Source: Rickettsiales bacterium (GTDB taxonomy: Bacteria; Pseudomonadota; Alphaproteobacteria; Rickettsiales; UBA8987). From it: a DNA stretch of 64,000 nt. A model generated the notes under the pieces. The model was not told the origin of the DNA and ran no database searches. It was given only the letters and a program-made list of their open reading frames with translations. The position numbers and the translations under genes were made by a program. This document shows, piece by piece, positions 1-10,500 of this stretch (its first letter is position 1; each line of letters begins with the position of its first letter). The DNA lies in assembly GCA_965222525.1 (NCBI GenBank), contig OZ244955.1, forward strand, positions 1,345,893 through 1,409,892. Reading direction: 5' to 3'.

Positions 1-1
1 T

Positions 2-427
2 GAGGTATCGCTGTTGCGTGGTAGCGGGCAGGCTGCCAGAATCCGCATAAGCGTTGATGATACGGTGTATCTCAAGGAACTGGTGGCCGATGGTGTGCTG
101 GTTTCCACTCCGGCGGGTAGCAGTGCGTATAATTTCTCGATAAACGGACCGATATTGCCGCTTAAATCGAACCTGCTGGCTCTGTCACCGATCAGCCCGT
201 TCCGTCCGAGGCGATGGCGTGGTGCTCTGCTGCCGCATGATGTAGTGGTGAAGTTTGACATAATCACCCATCAGAAACGGCCGGTCAATGCCACCGCCGA
301 TTATGTCGATATTAAAAACATCACTTCAGTCGAAATCCATGAAGACCGAAGCAAAACCATCCGCCTGCTCTTCGACCCCGGCCACAGCCTCGAGGAACGT
401 ATTATAAAGGAACAGTTTATTCAGTAG
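2..427 (+). CDS. nadK: NAD kinase, C-terminal part (gene runs off the left edge of the window)
   Basis: The frame is open from the window edge. 'PAGSSAYNFSINGPILP' fits the NAD kinase GSxAYxxSxGGPI motif. Confidence 0.8.
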   Translation, partial: EVSLLRGSGQAARIRISVDDTVYLKELVADGVLVSTPAGSSAYNFSINGPILPLKSNLLALSPISPFRPRRWRGALLPHDVVVKFDIITHQKRPVNATADYVDIKNITSVEIHEDRSKTIRLLFDPGHSLEERIIKEQFIQ

Positions 428-569
428 GGAGCAGTGAAAACCTATTGTTTGTAACTTAAAAACTTCACTGAAAAACAACAAAAAGAAAATCGTTGCATTT
501 AGTCTGTGGTTCTGGCATTTTGCCCGCCTAAAATTTGATATAATTCAATAACCAACATAAGGATTGAGC

Positions 570-2672
570 ATGCAAAATATTCCATTCGATATGATTTCAT
601 GGCTGATTATAGGTAGCGGGGTGCTGGCGATTATTTTCGGTATATTGATGGTTAAAAACATCATGAAGGTGAAAACCGGTACGCAGAAGATGCAGGATAT
701 CGCTGCTGCCGTACAGGAAGGCGCAACCGCATATCTCAACCGGCAATACAAGGTTATCGCTGTTGTCGGCGTGGTGATATTCGCCGGACTTGGCTCGGTG
801 CTTGGCTGGTATGTAGCCATAGGCTTTGCCATCGGTGCAGTTTTATCCGGTGTTGCCGGTTATATCGGGATGAATGTATCGGTGCGCGCCAATGTCCGTA
901 CAGCAGAAGCCGCCCGCAGCAATGGTATTGCAAAAGCATTGAGTGTTGCATTTAACTCCGGTGCTGTAACCGGCCTGTTCGTTGTAGGTCTTGGGATACT
1001 GGGCGTTACCGGATATTATCTCTTTCTGAAAAATAAATTCGATATAAATGACGCAGGACAGGTGCGTGATATAATGGAAGCACTGGTAGCACTTAGTTTC
1101 GGAGCTTCGCTTATATCCATTTTCGCACGTCTTGGTGGTGGTATATTTACCAAGGGTGCCGATGTTGGTGCCGACCTGGTGGGTAAGGTTGAGGCTGGTA
1201 TTCCGGAGGATGACCCTCGCAATCCGGCGACTATCGCCGATAATGTCGGGGATAATGTCGGGGATTGCGCCGGTATGGCCGCCGATTTGTTTGAAACATA
1301 TGCGGTAACCATGGTTGCAACCATGCTTCTGGCTGCAATTTTCTTCACCGGTGAGGCCCGTGAATTATTACTGATACTACCGCTGGCAATCGGCGGATTA
1401 TGTATCATCGGCTCTATTATGGGCTCCGCCTTTGTACGCCTCGGCAAAAGCCAGAACATAATGGGCGCGCTATATAAAGGGTTCATCGCAACCGCCGGTA
1501 TTTCCGCCATAGGAATATGGGGATTTATCAATAGCTTCGTCGGTTATGGCGATATTGCCGGTACAACATTCTCCGGTACCGACCTGCTGGCCTGCTCTAT
1601 GATAGGACTACTGGTAACCGGTGCAATTGTATGGATTACCGAATATTATACCTCAACAAATTACCGTCCGGTAAAATCGGTGGCGAAAGCCTCGACAACC
1701 GGCCATGGTACCAATGTCATACAGGGTTTGGCGGTATCGCTCGAAGCCTGCGCATTGCCGGTAATAGTGATATGTATCGGCATTGTTTCGACATATCTGT
1801 TCGCTGAATTATATGGAGTTGCAATTGCTGCGACTACCATGCTGGCGCTGGCAGGAATGGTGGTGGCGCTTGATGCATATGGGCCTGTGACCGATAATGC
1901 CGGTGGTATTGCCGAAATGTCCGGCCTGCCTGACGATGTGCGTAAAACTACCGATGCGCTGGATGCGGTAGGTAACACCACCAAGGCGGTTACCAAGGGA
2001 TATGCTATCGGTTCGGCTGCACTGGCTGCACTGGTGCTGTTCGCCGCATATACCGAGGATTTGAAACATTACTTCCCTGACCTGAATGTGACCTTCTCAT
2101 TGCAGGATCCGTATGTTGTGGTCGGGCTGTTTGTAGGTGGCCTGTTGCCATATCTGTTCGGAGCCATGGGGATGATGGCGGTTGGACGTGCTGCCGGCTC
2201 GGTGGTTATCGAGGTGCGCAGGCAGTTCAAGGAAATCAAGGGTATTATGGACGGCAAGGCCAAGCCTGATTATAGCCGTGCTGTTGACCTGCTCACCAAG
2301 GCGGCGATTAAGGAGATGGTAATTCCGTCACTGCTGCCGATAGCGGTGCCGGTTGCGCTGTATTTCATTATAAATGCAATAGGCGGGCAGGAAGCGGCAT
2401 TTTCCGCATTAGGCGCGCTGTTGCTGGGGATTATCGTAACCGGCCTGTTTGTCGCTATATCCATGACCTCCGGCGGTGGTGCATGGGATAATGCCAAGAA
2501 ATATATCGAGGATGGCAATCATGGGGGCAAGGGTTCGGAGGCCCATAAAGCCGCTGTCACCGGTGATACTGTCGGCGACCCGTACAAGGATACGGCCGGT
2601 CCGGCAGTCAACCCGATGATCAAGATTGCCAATATCGTTGCAATTCTATTACTTGCCCTCCTGGCGCATTAG
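570..2672 (+). CDS. hppA: Membrane-bound proton-translocating pyrophosphatase
   Basis: '[22 protein letters not shown]' and '[21 protein letters not shown]' are H+-PPase signatures, and the protein is polytopic. I prefer the ATG at 570 (AAGGA 6 nt upstream) over the track's TTG at 564. Confidence 0.95.
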   Translation: MQNIPFDMISWLIIGSGVLAIIFGILMVKNIMKVKTGTQKMQDIAAAVQEGATAYLNRQYKVIAVVGVVIFAGLGSVLGWYVAIGFAIGAVLSGVAGYIGMNVSVRANVRTAEAARSNGIAKALSVAFNSGAVTGLFVVGLGILGVTGYYLFLKNKFDINDAGQVRDIMEALVALSFGASLISIFARLGGGIFTKGADVGADLVGKVEAGIPEDDPRNPATIADNVGDNVGDCAGMAADLFETYAVTMVATMLLAAIFFTGEARELLLILPLAIGGLCIIGSIMGSAFVRLGKSQNIMGALYKGFIATAGISAIGIWGFINSFVGYGDIAGTTFSGTDLLACSMIGLLVTGAIVWITEYYTSTNYRPVKSVAKASTTGHGTNVIQGLAVSLEACALPVIVICIGIVSTYLFAELYGVAIAATTMLALAGMVVALDAYGPVTDNAGGIAEMSGLPDDVRKTTDALDAVGNTTKAVTKGYAIGSAALAALVLFAAYTEDLKHYFPDLNVTFSLQDPYVVVGLFVGGLLPYLFGAMGMMAVGRAAGSVVIEVRRQFKEIKGIMDGKAKPDYSRAVDLLTKAAIKEMVIPSLLPIAVPVALYFIINAIGGQEAAFSALGALLLGIIVTGLFVAISMTSGGGAWDNAKKYIEDGNHGGKGSEAHKAAVTGDTVGDPYKDTAGPAVNPMIKIANIVAILLLALLAH

Positions 2673-2700
2673 TAATAGGATGGCGGAAAGTAAGCATCAA

Positions 2701-2880
2701 CCTCCCCCGCTTGCGGGGGAGGCAAGAAATCCAAGGATTTTTAATCCTTAGGATTTCTGGTGGGGGAATACCAATAACTAATAGCCAAATACCAACAGCC
2801 ACTACCTCACCATTCCCTCCCCAGAAATCTGGCAATCATAGATTGCTCAGATTTCTTGCCCCTCCCGCAAGCGGGAGGGG
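2701..2880. repeat. Family A composite palindromic element, copy 1 (full, about 180 bp)
   Basis: Four hairpins: CCTCCCCCGCTTGCGGGGGAGG, then AGAAATCC..GGATTTCT, a centre, AGAAATCTGG..CAGATTTCT, then CCCCTCCCGCAAGCGGGAGGGG. Near-identical copies lie at 36357, 47554 and 49059-49355. Confidence 0.9.
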
Positions 2881-2907
2881 TATATAGGTAGATTCCGGAT
2901 TCTAAAA

Positions 2908-3429
2908 ATGTCCCAACCGCAACAGACTACTCCACAGCCAACAGCCCTCGACCGGGCCGAGGCCAACAAGCGCTTGCAGGAGCTGGCTAAAAAGCGCTCA
3001 CGCAAATTCATCTCCAATTTGCTGATTATTACCTTTTTCCTGATTATCACCGGGCTGGCACTATCATATTTCGGCTATTCCAACGAATTTTACTTTCTGG
3101 TTATGGCAATGTTGCCCAGCATTGCCGCTTATGTAACCGACACCAGACCAGGCAAATTTGCATCAAAAACCGTTATAGCCTTCAACCTCTCCGGTGCACT
3201 GCCGCATCTAGCCGCCATATTCGCCGACGGCTCTGCCCTGAGTTCCTTCTCCGACCCGAAAGTATGGCTGCTGGTCTATGGCTTTGCTGCATTCGGCTGG
3301 GGAGTAGTATTCCTCATCCCGCACATAATGCAGTTATATCTGGAAATCCGTGCCGGCTACACAGTCAAAAAACTCCAGCTCTTCCAGGAAAAACTCACCA
3401 GCGAATGGGGTGATGGTATAAAAAGTTAG
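2908..3429 (+). CDS. Hypothetical membrane protein (about 4 TM segments)
   Basis: 173-aa ORF with a polar N-terminus followed by hydrophobic segments (LLIITFFLIITGLALSYFG, FYFLVMAMLPSIAAYV, VWLLVYGFAAFGWGVVFLIP). No family recognised. Confidence 0.6.
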   Translation: MSQPQQTTPQPTALDRAEANKRLQELAKKRSRKFISNLLIITFFLIITGLALSYFGYSNEFYFLVMAMLPSIAAYVTDTRPGKFASKTVIAFNLSGALPHLAAIFADGSALSSFSDPKVWLLVYGFAAFGWGVVFLIPHIMQLYLEIRAGYTVKKLQLFQEKLTSEWGDGIKS

Positions 3430-3574
3430 TCTTTATTTATTGTAACTGTGAAACAGGCAAAAAATATCAATACAAGTGTCTATATAATTGCATTCTATCT
3501 CTTTTTCTGTAGACCCCTCTTCAAAATTCTTAGATAATAGCAAGTTATTGGCTAGGGGATTTTTTTAAAATATT

Positions 3575-5575
3575 ATGAAGCAAAAAACGGCAAAAAAGCG
3601 GGAAACCAGCCCTGAGCTTGTGCAGCAGCGGGAGCAGATGAAGATTGTTATTGTCGGGCATGTGGATCATGGTAAATCGACACTGGTTGGGCGGTTGTTT
3701 TATGATACCGACTCGTTGCCCGAAGGGAAATATGAGCAGATAAAGGCACAATGCGAGCGGCGCGGGATGCCGTTTGAGTGGAGCTTTCTGACCGATGCAC
3801 TGCAATCCGAGCGTGACCAGGGGATTACCGTTGATACGACACAAATCTGGTTCAAGACTGCACAGCGCGATTATGTGATTATCGATGCGCCGGGACACAA
3901 AGAATTCCTGAAAAATATGGTATCCGGTGCGGCCAATAGCGAGGCGGCACTGCTGGTTATTGATGCGAAGGAGGGGGTGCGTGAGCAGTCGAAGCGTCAT
4001 GGTTATCTGCTGCATTTGCTTGGTGTGCGACAAATAGCGGTAGCAGTCAACAAGATGGATCTGGTTGATTACTCCGAGAGGCGCTTCAAGGAGATTGAGA
4101 AGGAATACCGCAAATATCTCAAGGGAATAGGCGTTACGCCAACTTATATTATCCCGATTTCGGCGCGGGAGGGGGATAATATTACACGTGACTCGTGGCT
4201 AGTGGCTAGTGATTCGAATGGTTCAAAAACGAGCCACGAGTCACGAGCCACGAGCCACGGAAATATGTCCTGGTATAAGGGGCCGTCGGTGCTGGAGGCG
4301 CTTGACCATTTTAAACTAAAGCCGAAGCCGGTTGATTTGCCGTTACGTTTGCCGGTGCAGGATGTTTATAAATTCGATGAGCGGCGGATTATTGCAGGGC
4401 GTATTGAAAGCGGGGTGCTGAAGGCTGGTGACGAGATTCTGTTTTCACCGTCGAATAAAATCGTTAAGGTTGAATCAATCGAAACTTGGCCGGAGCGCAA
4501 AATCACGCAAGCTGAGGCGGGGGAATCTATAGGCATTACACTGAGCGAGCAGATTTTTGCCGAGCGTGGACATGTAGTGAGTCATGTTAAAAATGCGCCG
4601 ATTCTGACCAATATTTTCCGCGCAAAAATATTCTGGCTTGGTGACAGGCCAATTGAGGTTGGCAATAAATTTAACTTGAAGATAAATACTTCCGAATATC
4701 GTGTTGAAATTAAAGAAATAGAGAAGGTTGTTGATACTGATGATTTATCACTTTCCGGTGATGCCAGGCGGGTTGAGAAAAATGCGGTTGCCGAGGTAAT
4801 CCTGCGTGTGCGGGGAATTGCGGCTTTGGATGAATATGCGGATAATGACATTACCGGCCGGTTTGTACTGGTGGATAATTACCGTATTGTCGGTGGCGGA
4901 ACCATTGATATGCAGGGCTTTGCCGACCAGCGACAGCCTACCGAGGTGAAGTCGAAAAATATAACTGCGGTGGCATCCCGTGTGACGCCGGTACAGCGTG
5001 CACTGGCCAACGGGCATAAGGGGGGGGTGCTGTGGTTCAGCGGGCTATCCGGTTCGGGTAAATCGACGCTGGCACAGGAATTACAGAAGCGGTTATTTGA
5101 AAAAGGCTACCAGATTTATGTGCTCGACGGTGATAATATCCGCCGCGGACTTAATGCTGACCTTGGATTTGCACCGAAAGACCGTAGCGAGAATATCCGC
5201 AGGGTAGGGGAGGTGGCCGCACTCTTTGCCGATGCCGGTGTGATTGTAATTACCGCATTTATTTCGCCGTACAAGCAGGACCGTGACCATGCGCGGGTGG
5301 CGGCCGGTGAGAATTTCCACAGCGTTTATATCAAGGCGGATATTGAAACCTGCCGTCAGCGTGACCCCAAGGGATTATATGAAAAGGCTGACAAGGGCGA
5401 AATCAGGGAATTTACCGGTATCAGCGCGCCGTATGAAGAGCCGGATAATGCCGATTTAACAGTGGATACCGGCGAGAATTCCATAGATGAATGTGTCAGC
5501 CAACTCATTGAATATATTGAGAAACATCTGGTTAATCCTGTGCGTAGTGTAGCCGAGGAAGAGGTGAGTATTTAA
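3575..5575 (+). CDS. cysNC: Bifunctional sulfate adenylyltransferase subunit 1 / adenylylsulfate kinase (CysN-CysC fusion)
   Basis: N-terminal translational-GTPase motifs '[11 protein letters not shown]', 'DAPGH', 'NKMD'. C-terminal APS kinase P-loop '[11 protein letters not shown]' followed by 'FISPY'. Confidence 0.92.
   Translation: MKQKTAKKRETSPELVQQREQMKIVIVGHVDHGKSTLVGRLFYDTDSLPEGKYEQIKAQCERRGMPFEWSFLTDALQSERDQGITVDTTQIWFKTAQRDYVIIDAPGHKEFLKNMVSGAANSEAALLVIDAKEGVREQSKRHGYLLHLLGVRQIAVAVNKMDLVDYSERRFKEIEKEYRKYLKGIGVTPTYIIPISAREGDNITRDSWLVASDSNGSKTSHESRATSHGNMSWYKGPSVLEALDHFKLKPKPVDLPLRLPVQDVYKFDERRIIAGRIESGVLKAGDEILFSPSNKIVKVESIETWPERKITQAEAGESIGITLSEQIFAERGHVVSHVKNAPILTNIFRAKIFWLGDRPIEVGNKFNLKINTSEYRVEIKEIEKVVDTDDLSLSGDARRVEKNAVAEVILRVRGIAALDEYADNDITGRFVLVDNYRIVGGGTIDMQGFADQRQPTEVKSKNITAVASRVTPVQRALANGHKGGVLWFSGLSGSGKSTLAQELQKRLFEKGYQIYVLDGDNIRRGLNADLGFAPKDRSENIRRVGEVAALFADAGVIVITAFISPYKQDRDHARVAAGENFHSVYIKADIETCRQRDPKGLYEKADKGEIREFTGISAPYEEPDNADLTVDTGENSIDECVSQLIEYIEKHLVNPVRSVAEEEVSI
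4187..4260. repeat. Heptamer-periodic hairpin (family H) lying in frame inside cysN
   Basis: Perfect 14-bp inverted repeat CGTGACTCGTGGCT (4187-4200) / AGCCACGAGTCACG (4232-4245). The arms are tandem heptamers, (NGTGGCT)n and (ACGAGYC)n. It encodes '[23 protein letters not shown]'. Confidence 0.8.
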
Positions 5576-5739
5576 AGAGGTGTCATATAGAACATGCATT
5601 GACATATGTGCGGCAATGTATCACAATTGAGCGCACATGCTAATACAACTAAGAGGTGTTACATGCACATCAAATGCGGAAGAAAGTCATAGAGGAGGAG
5701 AGAGAGTTGCGTTTGTATGACGAAAGACAGACTATGAAA

Positions 5740-5800
5740 TGTAATTTAAGTATAATCCCATCAACTATAATTGATGGTGGTTGATTGTACTTAAATTACA
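5740..5800. repeat. Long imperfect hairpin at the left edge of the AT-rich island
   Basis: 13-bp inverted repeat TGTAATTTAAGTA (5740-5752) / TACTTAAATTACA (5788-5800), enclosing an inner CCATCAA..TTGATGG stem. Confidence 0.6.
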
Positions 5801-5922
5801 GAGGACGATCCCACTACCATAAAACCTATACGGTAAGTAGGATAATTTACCATCAAAATAACTACTTTTTTCAGGATACTGAATATAATATAGTATGGCG
5901 GATCATGCTTAGGAGCAAGGCT

Positions 5923-6705
5923 ATGTCTTGGCAGTCAGAAGGTAGAAATCAAAGAATGGAAGGCTGGGAAACAGACGACAGCAGGGGAGTTACGCTAATC
6001 GAGTTGTCAATAGTACTGGTTATTGTCGGTTTAGTTGTTGCTGGGATAATTGGTGGACAATCACTTGTCAGGAGTGTAAAACTTAAGTCTATTATGACTG
6101 ATATTAATGAAATGCGAACAGCCTTAAACACATTTGAAGACTATTACAGTTATCTTCCGGGTGATTTGCCAAATGCACAACAATACTGGCCAGCGCCGAC
6201 CTGTGTAGATGACCCAGGTGATACATCAAATAAGTGTAATGGAGATGGAAATAGCCAGTTGGAAGGGACTTACAGTGATGAATGTCTGAGAGCTTTTCAA
6301 CATTTATCGCTAGCTGAAATGATACAAGGTAATTATGCTGGTGTGGTAAGTAGCCCTTACAGACAAGAAGCTGGTTTCAATGTTCCGGAAATAAGCTTTA
6401 AGGGAGGGGGGTTAATAATCCGGGATAGTAGAGATGGAACTCCTGTTAGCGGAAGACATGGAATATATTTCCAAATAGCTGGATTGGTTACGCAAGCAGG
6501 GTTTGGCCAAGGTGGATATGCTGAAGGATTATTTACACCGTCAGATGCAGAATTAATAGATAGAAAAATGGACGATGGACAACCACAAACGGGAAGAGTT
6601 TGGGGACGAGACGGTGATAATACATCAGACTGTCTTGATGGAAGCGATTACTATTTGTCTCAGACGGGACAGGAATGTAAGCTGAATTACTGGATATTGT
6701 GGTAA
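5923..6705 (+). CDS. Prepilin-type (class III signal) pseudopilin/pilin-like protein, paralog 1
   Basis: 'G|VTLIELSIVLVIVGLVVAGIIGGQS' is an N-terminal cleavage/methylation motif with Glu at +5. AGGAG lies 8 nt before the ATG at 5923. The track ORF starts further upstream at TTG 5785. Confidence 0.8.
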   Translation: MSWQSEGRNQRMEGWETDDSRGVTLIELSIVLVIVGLVVAGIIGGQSLVRSVKLKSIMTDINEMRTALNTFEDYYSYLPGDLPNAQQYWPAPTCVDDPGDTSNKCNGDGNSQLEGTYSDECLRAFQHLSLAEMIQGNYAGVVSSPYRQEAGFNVPEISFKGGGLIIRDSRDGTPVSGRHGIYFQIAGLVTQAGFGQGGYAEGLFTPSDAELIDRKMDDGQPQTGRVWGRDGDNTSDCLDGSDYYLSQTGQECKLNYWILW

Positions 6706-6729
6706 AAATTAACTTATATTACTAGATCT

Positions 6730-7506
6730 ATGGTTTTTTATAAAAGTAAGCTCCCTTCTGCAAAAGGCTTTACACTTATTGAGCTGTCTATTGTCTTGGT
6801 AATTATTGGCCTGATTGTAGCAGGTATAATGGGTGGACAATCTCTTATTAGGGCGGCAAAGCTCCGCTCCGTTACTACTGATATTAATAGATTTAAGGTT
6901 GCGATCACTACTTACAAGGATTACTACGGCTATCTTCCGGGAGACCACACTAATGCATATGATTATTTTGATGGCAGTGGTGGTAGTAGTGTATGTGGCG
7001 CAAACACTATAGGAACGGCTACTTCGTGTAATGGTAATGGTGATGGAAGGATAAAATTTCTATTTACAAGTGGTACAAATGAAGATTTTAGATCCTGGCA
7101 GCACCTTAGCTTAGCAAAGATGGTCCCAGGCGAATATTCTGGAGAAGACGCTGGAAGTCCTAACTACCAACCTGATGTAAATATTCCCTCTTCCAGTATA
7201 GGTTACTCAGGCTATTGGTTGTTTTATTATGGTTTTTACTCAAGAGCTGCTGGAAATCTAATACATGTGGGTGGAATAAATAGCAAGTACCCAGAGGGAT
7301 ATTTTATTAATACGGCAGATGCTGAAAATATTGATAGAAAAATGGATGATGGTCTTGCTGATGGTGGTAATGTTTACACACGTAATGCATGGGTAGGGAA
7401 TACGGAACAAACTACTTGTGTCACTGGTGCATTCGATGATCCTACATCTTCATATATTATGACTAACACAGAAGAGAGTTGCGTCATGATTTTTTGGCTT
7501 GATTAG
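6730..7506 (+). CDS. Prepilin-type pseudopilin/pilin-like protein, paralog 2
   Basis: 'MVFYKSKLPSAKG|FTLIELSIVLVIIGLIVAGIMGGQS'. It shares 'YLPGD', 'CNGNGDG', 'WQHLSLA' and 'IDRKMDDG' with the upstream paralog. Confidence 0.85.
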   Translation: MVFYKSKLPSAKGFTLIELSIVLVIIGLIVAGIMGGQSLIRAAKLRSVTTDINRFKVAITTYKDYYGYLPGDHTNAYDYFDGSGGSSVCGANTIGTATSCNGNGDGRIKFLFTSGTNEDFRSWQHLSLAKMVPGEYSGEDAGSPNYQPDVNIPSSSIGYSGYWLFYYGFYSRAAGNLIHVGGINSKYPEGYFINTADAENIDRKMDDGLADGGNVYTRNAWVGNTEQTTCVTGAFDDPTSSYIMTNTEESCVMIFWLD

Positions 7507-7507
7507 G

Positions 7508-10500
7508 TTACTGAGCGGTAAACCCTTCTCTGATATATTCATTAACAGAATATGAAGTATATTCCTCAGGCCATTGACGGAATGGTCTATTGCGGATTAT
7601 ATCCAGGAATGCTTCCAGAGTGCCATTTTTACCTAGTGTTGCATGGTAGCTACCGACACTGCGATTTGGATCTAACCAACCTGGATCCGTCGTATCGCCT
7701 ATACCACCTCCCCAATCATACTGGATATTGTCGATGTAAATGGCTCCATCCTGATCCTTTATACCTTTATTAATACCACTTTCGATACGGTGAGCTACAA
7801 TATTACTCTCAGCTATAAGAGTTCCTACATCTGTATTGCCAATGCCTAGACCAACAACTGCTGCTGTTTGTGGGTTAGTACTATCATTAGGATCCATGCG
7901 CTTGCCTTCCAGGATTACATTGTTAAGTGCATGAGCAGTAGTGGTGCTTGAAGGTAGTGGTTCACTGCCACCAATCAGCAATCCTATGGTATTTCTTACA
8001 AATAAATTGTCCTTGAATAAACCGCCTGATCTTCCCTGCATTCCATGACTGGCAGCCCGTGTAAAAATATTGCCACGTGCAACGGTATTTTTACCATCTT
8101 GTCCTTTTTGAAGGTATATGTTGTGGCCGTACATACCGGCACCAGCATCGGCAACTTCTTCGTTCCAGCCATTATGGTCAAATACATTCTCCTCAATCAA
8201 CAGTCCGTCACGTATTCCGCTGGCGTAAAGCCCTTGTGCCTTACCAGATTTGCTGTTTGTAGAATTTGGTGCCCAGGCATCTAATACAATATTACGTCTC
8301 AGCTTAATATTGGAGTATGTATAACCGTTGTGACTTTGTATTGTAAGTTGCATATAACGGAATTTGTTATCCTCTATCAGGATATTGCTACCTCCACCAA
8401 CCAGACGGAGTCCTTTTACAATACCAGAACCTGCAAATCCTGGATCACTGGGGTCCATAGTGTATGCGATTAACGATAAGCCAACTACTGCTATATGAGA
8501 ACGTGCTTGGCTGCCATGACCAATAAAGCTTCCTGAAACTTTGATATGCGGCCTTTCATTAGATGCACCATAGCTGGCAATAACTATAGGATTATCTTTA
8601 TCCTTACCTGATTTGAATTTACTGATACCAGGGCTAGTCCAGGTATCACCACGTTTCAGGAGTAGGAAGTCATTATGGCCATCACGCACTAGACTTGCAC
8701 CCTTCACAATAGTTTTTACAGGAGTACTTGGTGATAGGCCGTTGTTGTCGTCGTTACCTTCGGAGTTACTGACATAGACTATTTTCGTGTCAGCACTTGG
8801 TTCAAAGACGGTCCAACCATTATCCAGGTTACCGGTTGCTATGCCGCCTTCAGTATTATCCTCAGCTCCATAACAGCCTAAATCATACTGCCAGTCAACT
8901 AGCCCATCACCATCATTGTCAATGCCGTCGTTACATTGAGCCGTAGACAAATCCAGCTCATCATCATCGCTTGTTGAGGAGCATCCTGGATCGGCAGGGT
9001 AGTCTGTTTTACCATCGCCATCATTGTCGATGCCGTCGTTACATTGTTTAGGTGTTGGAGTAGATTCGATAGTACATGCAGCAGAACATCCATCCCCCGA
9101 TGCCGTATTACCATCATCACATTCTTCAGGTCCGTTCTTGGTACCATCCCCGCAATATTCTGTGGCCAAGCAAGCGTTAAATCCTGTACATTGTGAATTA
9201 CATTGTTTGAATCCACCATAGCCACCAGAAATACATGACTGGCTATTACCATCGCAAACTTCTCCAGTTTCAACTATATCATTACCGCAAACTGCTGATG
9301 GTGTTGGGTCGGTTTCATCATCATCATTAGCTGAGGTGCAGCCTGGGTCTGTGAGGTCCACCTTACCGTCATTGTCGTTGTCTAAGCCATCACCACAATC
9401 TGCTAGAGCGTTGACCGTAATACTTACTGTTGCAACATTGGATTCGGCTTTGCCATCATTAGCCTTATATTTGAAGCTATCACTACCGGAATACCCCGTA
9501 TTAGGTGTATAAGTTATGTCAGGCGCTTTACCTGATATACTGCCATGTGACGGGTTAGTGGCACTGTATGTCAGTGTATCACCATCAGTATCAGTAGCGT
9601 TCAGGCTAATGGCTACAGACTTATTTTCGTTGGTAGTAGTACTTATATTTTTTGCCACAGGGGGTGTGTTGGTCGCTTCATCGGATTCATCATTATCGTT
9701 AGCTGAAGTGCAACCGGGATCTTCTGTATCTGTTTTTCCATCCTCATCATTATCAATCCCATCACTACATTGTGGTGTTACCGTATCTGCATGCATGTTT
9801 TCATCAAACAAAGCAGCGACCTCACTTGCCGACAAGGCCTTGCCATATATCTTTACATCATCGATATGTCCTTTCCATGGTTTGGCCTTAGAGCCTGACG
9901 GGTTACCACCAATCCAGGTATCAATATTGTCGTTGGTGTTAATACTACCTGTCTTATTTAGGCTACCTACCAAGACGCTATCTTTATACAATTTCATATT
10001 AGATCCGTCATAAACTGCTGTTACATGTACCCACTTGTTTTCAGTAAGATTGCCAGACGAGGCAGTTAGTGTTGAAGTACTGCCATTTGTTTTTAATCTG
10101 AAACGTAACTTTGTATTACTACCATCTTTAACCGTGCTAATCATGAAATAGTGATCACTACTTTGAATGCCAGTAGCTTTAGAAATGATTCTACAATCTC
10201 TGTATGAGCAGTTAGCTAAATCACTAGATTTGAACCATGCAGATATAGTCAGTGTACCACCTGATATACTATCCATCTTACCTATATTGACATAATCATT
10301 GCTACCATCAAACATCAGGCCATGATCACTTGCGAATATGGCACCACTTATAGTACCATCATTACCATTACCTGTTGCATCTGCTGTTGTATTGCCAGAA
10401 CCCTCTTCCATCGGGTAATCAGCCAACATACCACCAGTATCATTAGTCATCATTGACTGAATTTCGGCTTCGTTAAGTGCCTTATTATATATTCTTACAT

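Noticed and set aside
1016-1531. Long antisense or out-of-frame ORFs inside well-supported genes (for example 1016-1531, 9516-10013, 17524-17982, 21700-22215, 23945-24424, 25787-26260, 41676-42179, 43838-44341, 46283-46879, 48548-49087, 57727-58365, 62037-62582)
   Set aside because: Each lies entirely within, or opposite to, a gene with strong family motifs. Their translations are low-complexity (rich in Ser/Pro/Arg/Ala), as is typical of shadow frames in GC-rich coding DNA. None has its own RBS or a recognisable domain.
5740-5800. The long hairpin at the left island edge considered as an attachment site or island direct repeat
   Set aside because: I found no matching copy at the right edge of the island (11.2-11.6 kb), and no integrase. 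It may simply be the cysNC terminator or a pilin-gene regulatory hairpin.
5785-5922. N-terminal extensions suggested by the ORF track (TTG 5785 for pilin 1, 16102 for the lipoprotein, 18047 for NDUFA12-like, 30834 for tolC, 49140 for rsmH, 13242 for tgt, and others)
   Set aside because: The extensions start at TTG/GTG or run through repeats or AT-rich leaders. They would bury the signal peptides or conserved N-termini, and each has an internal ATG with a Shine-Dalgarno-like sequence. I used the internal starts.
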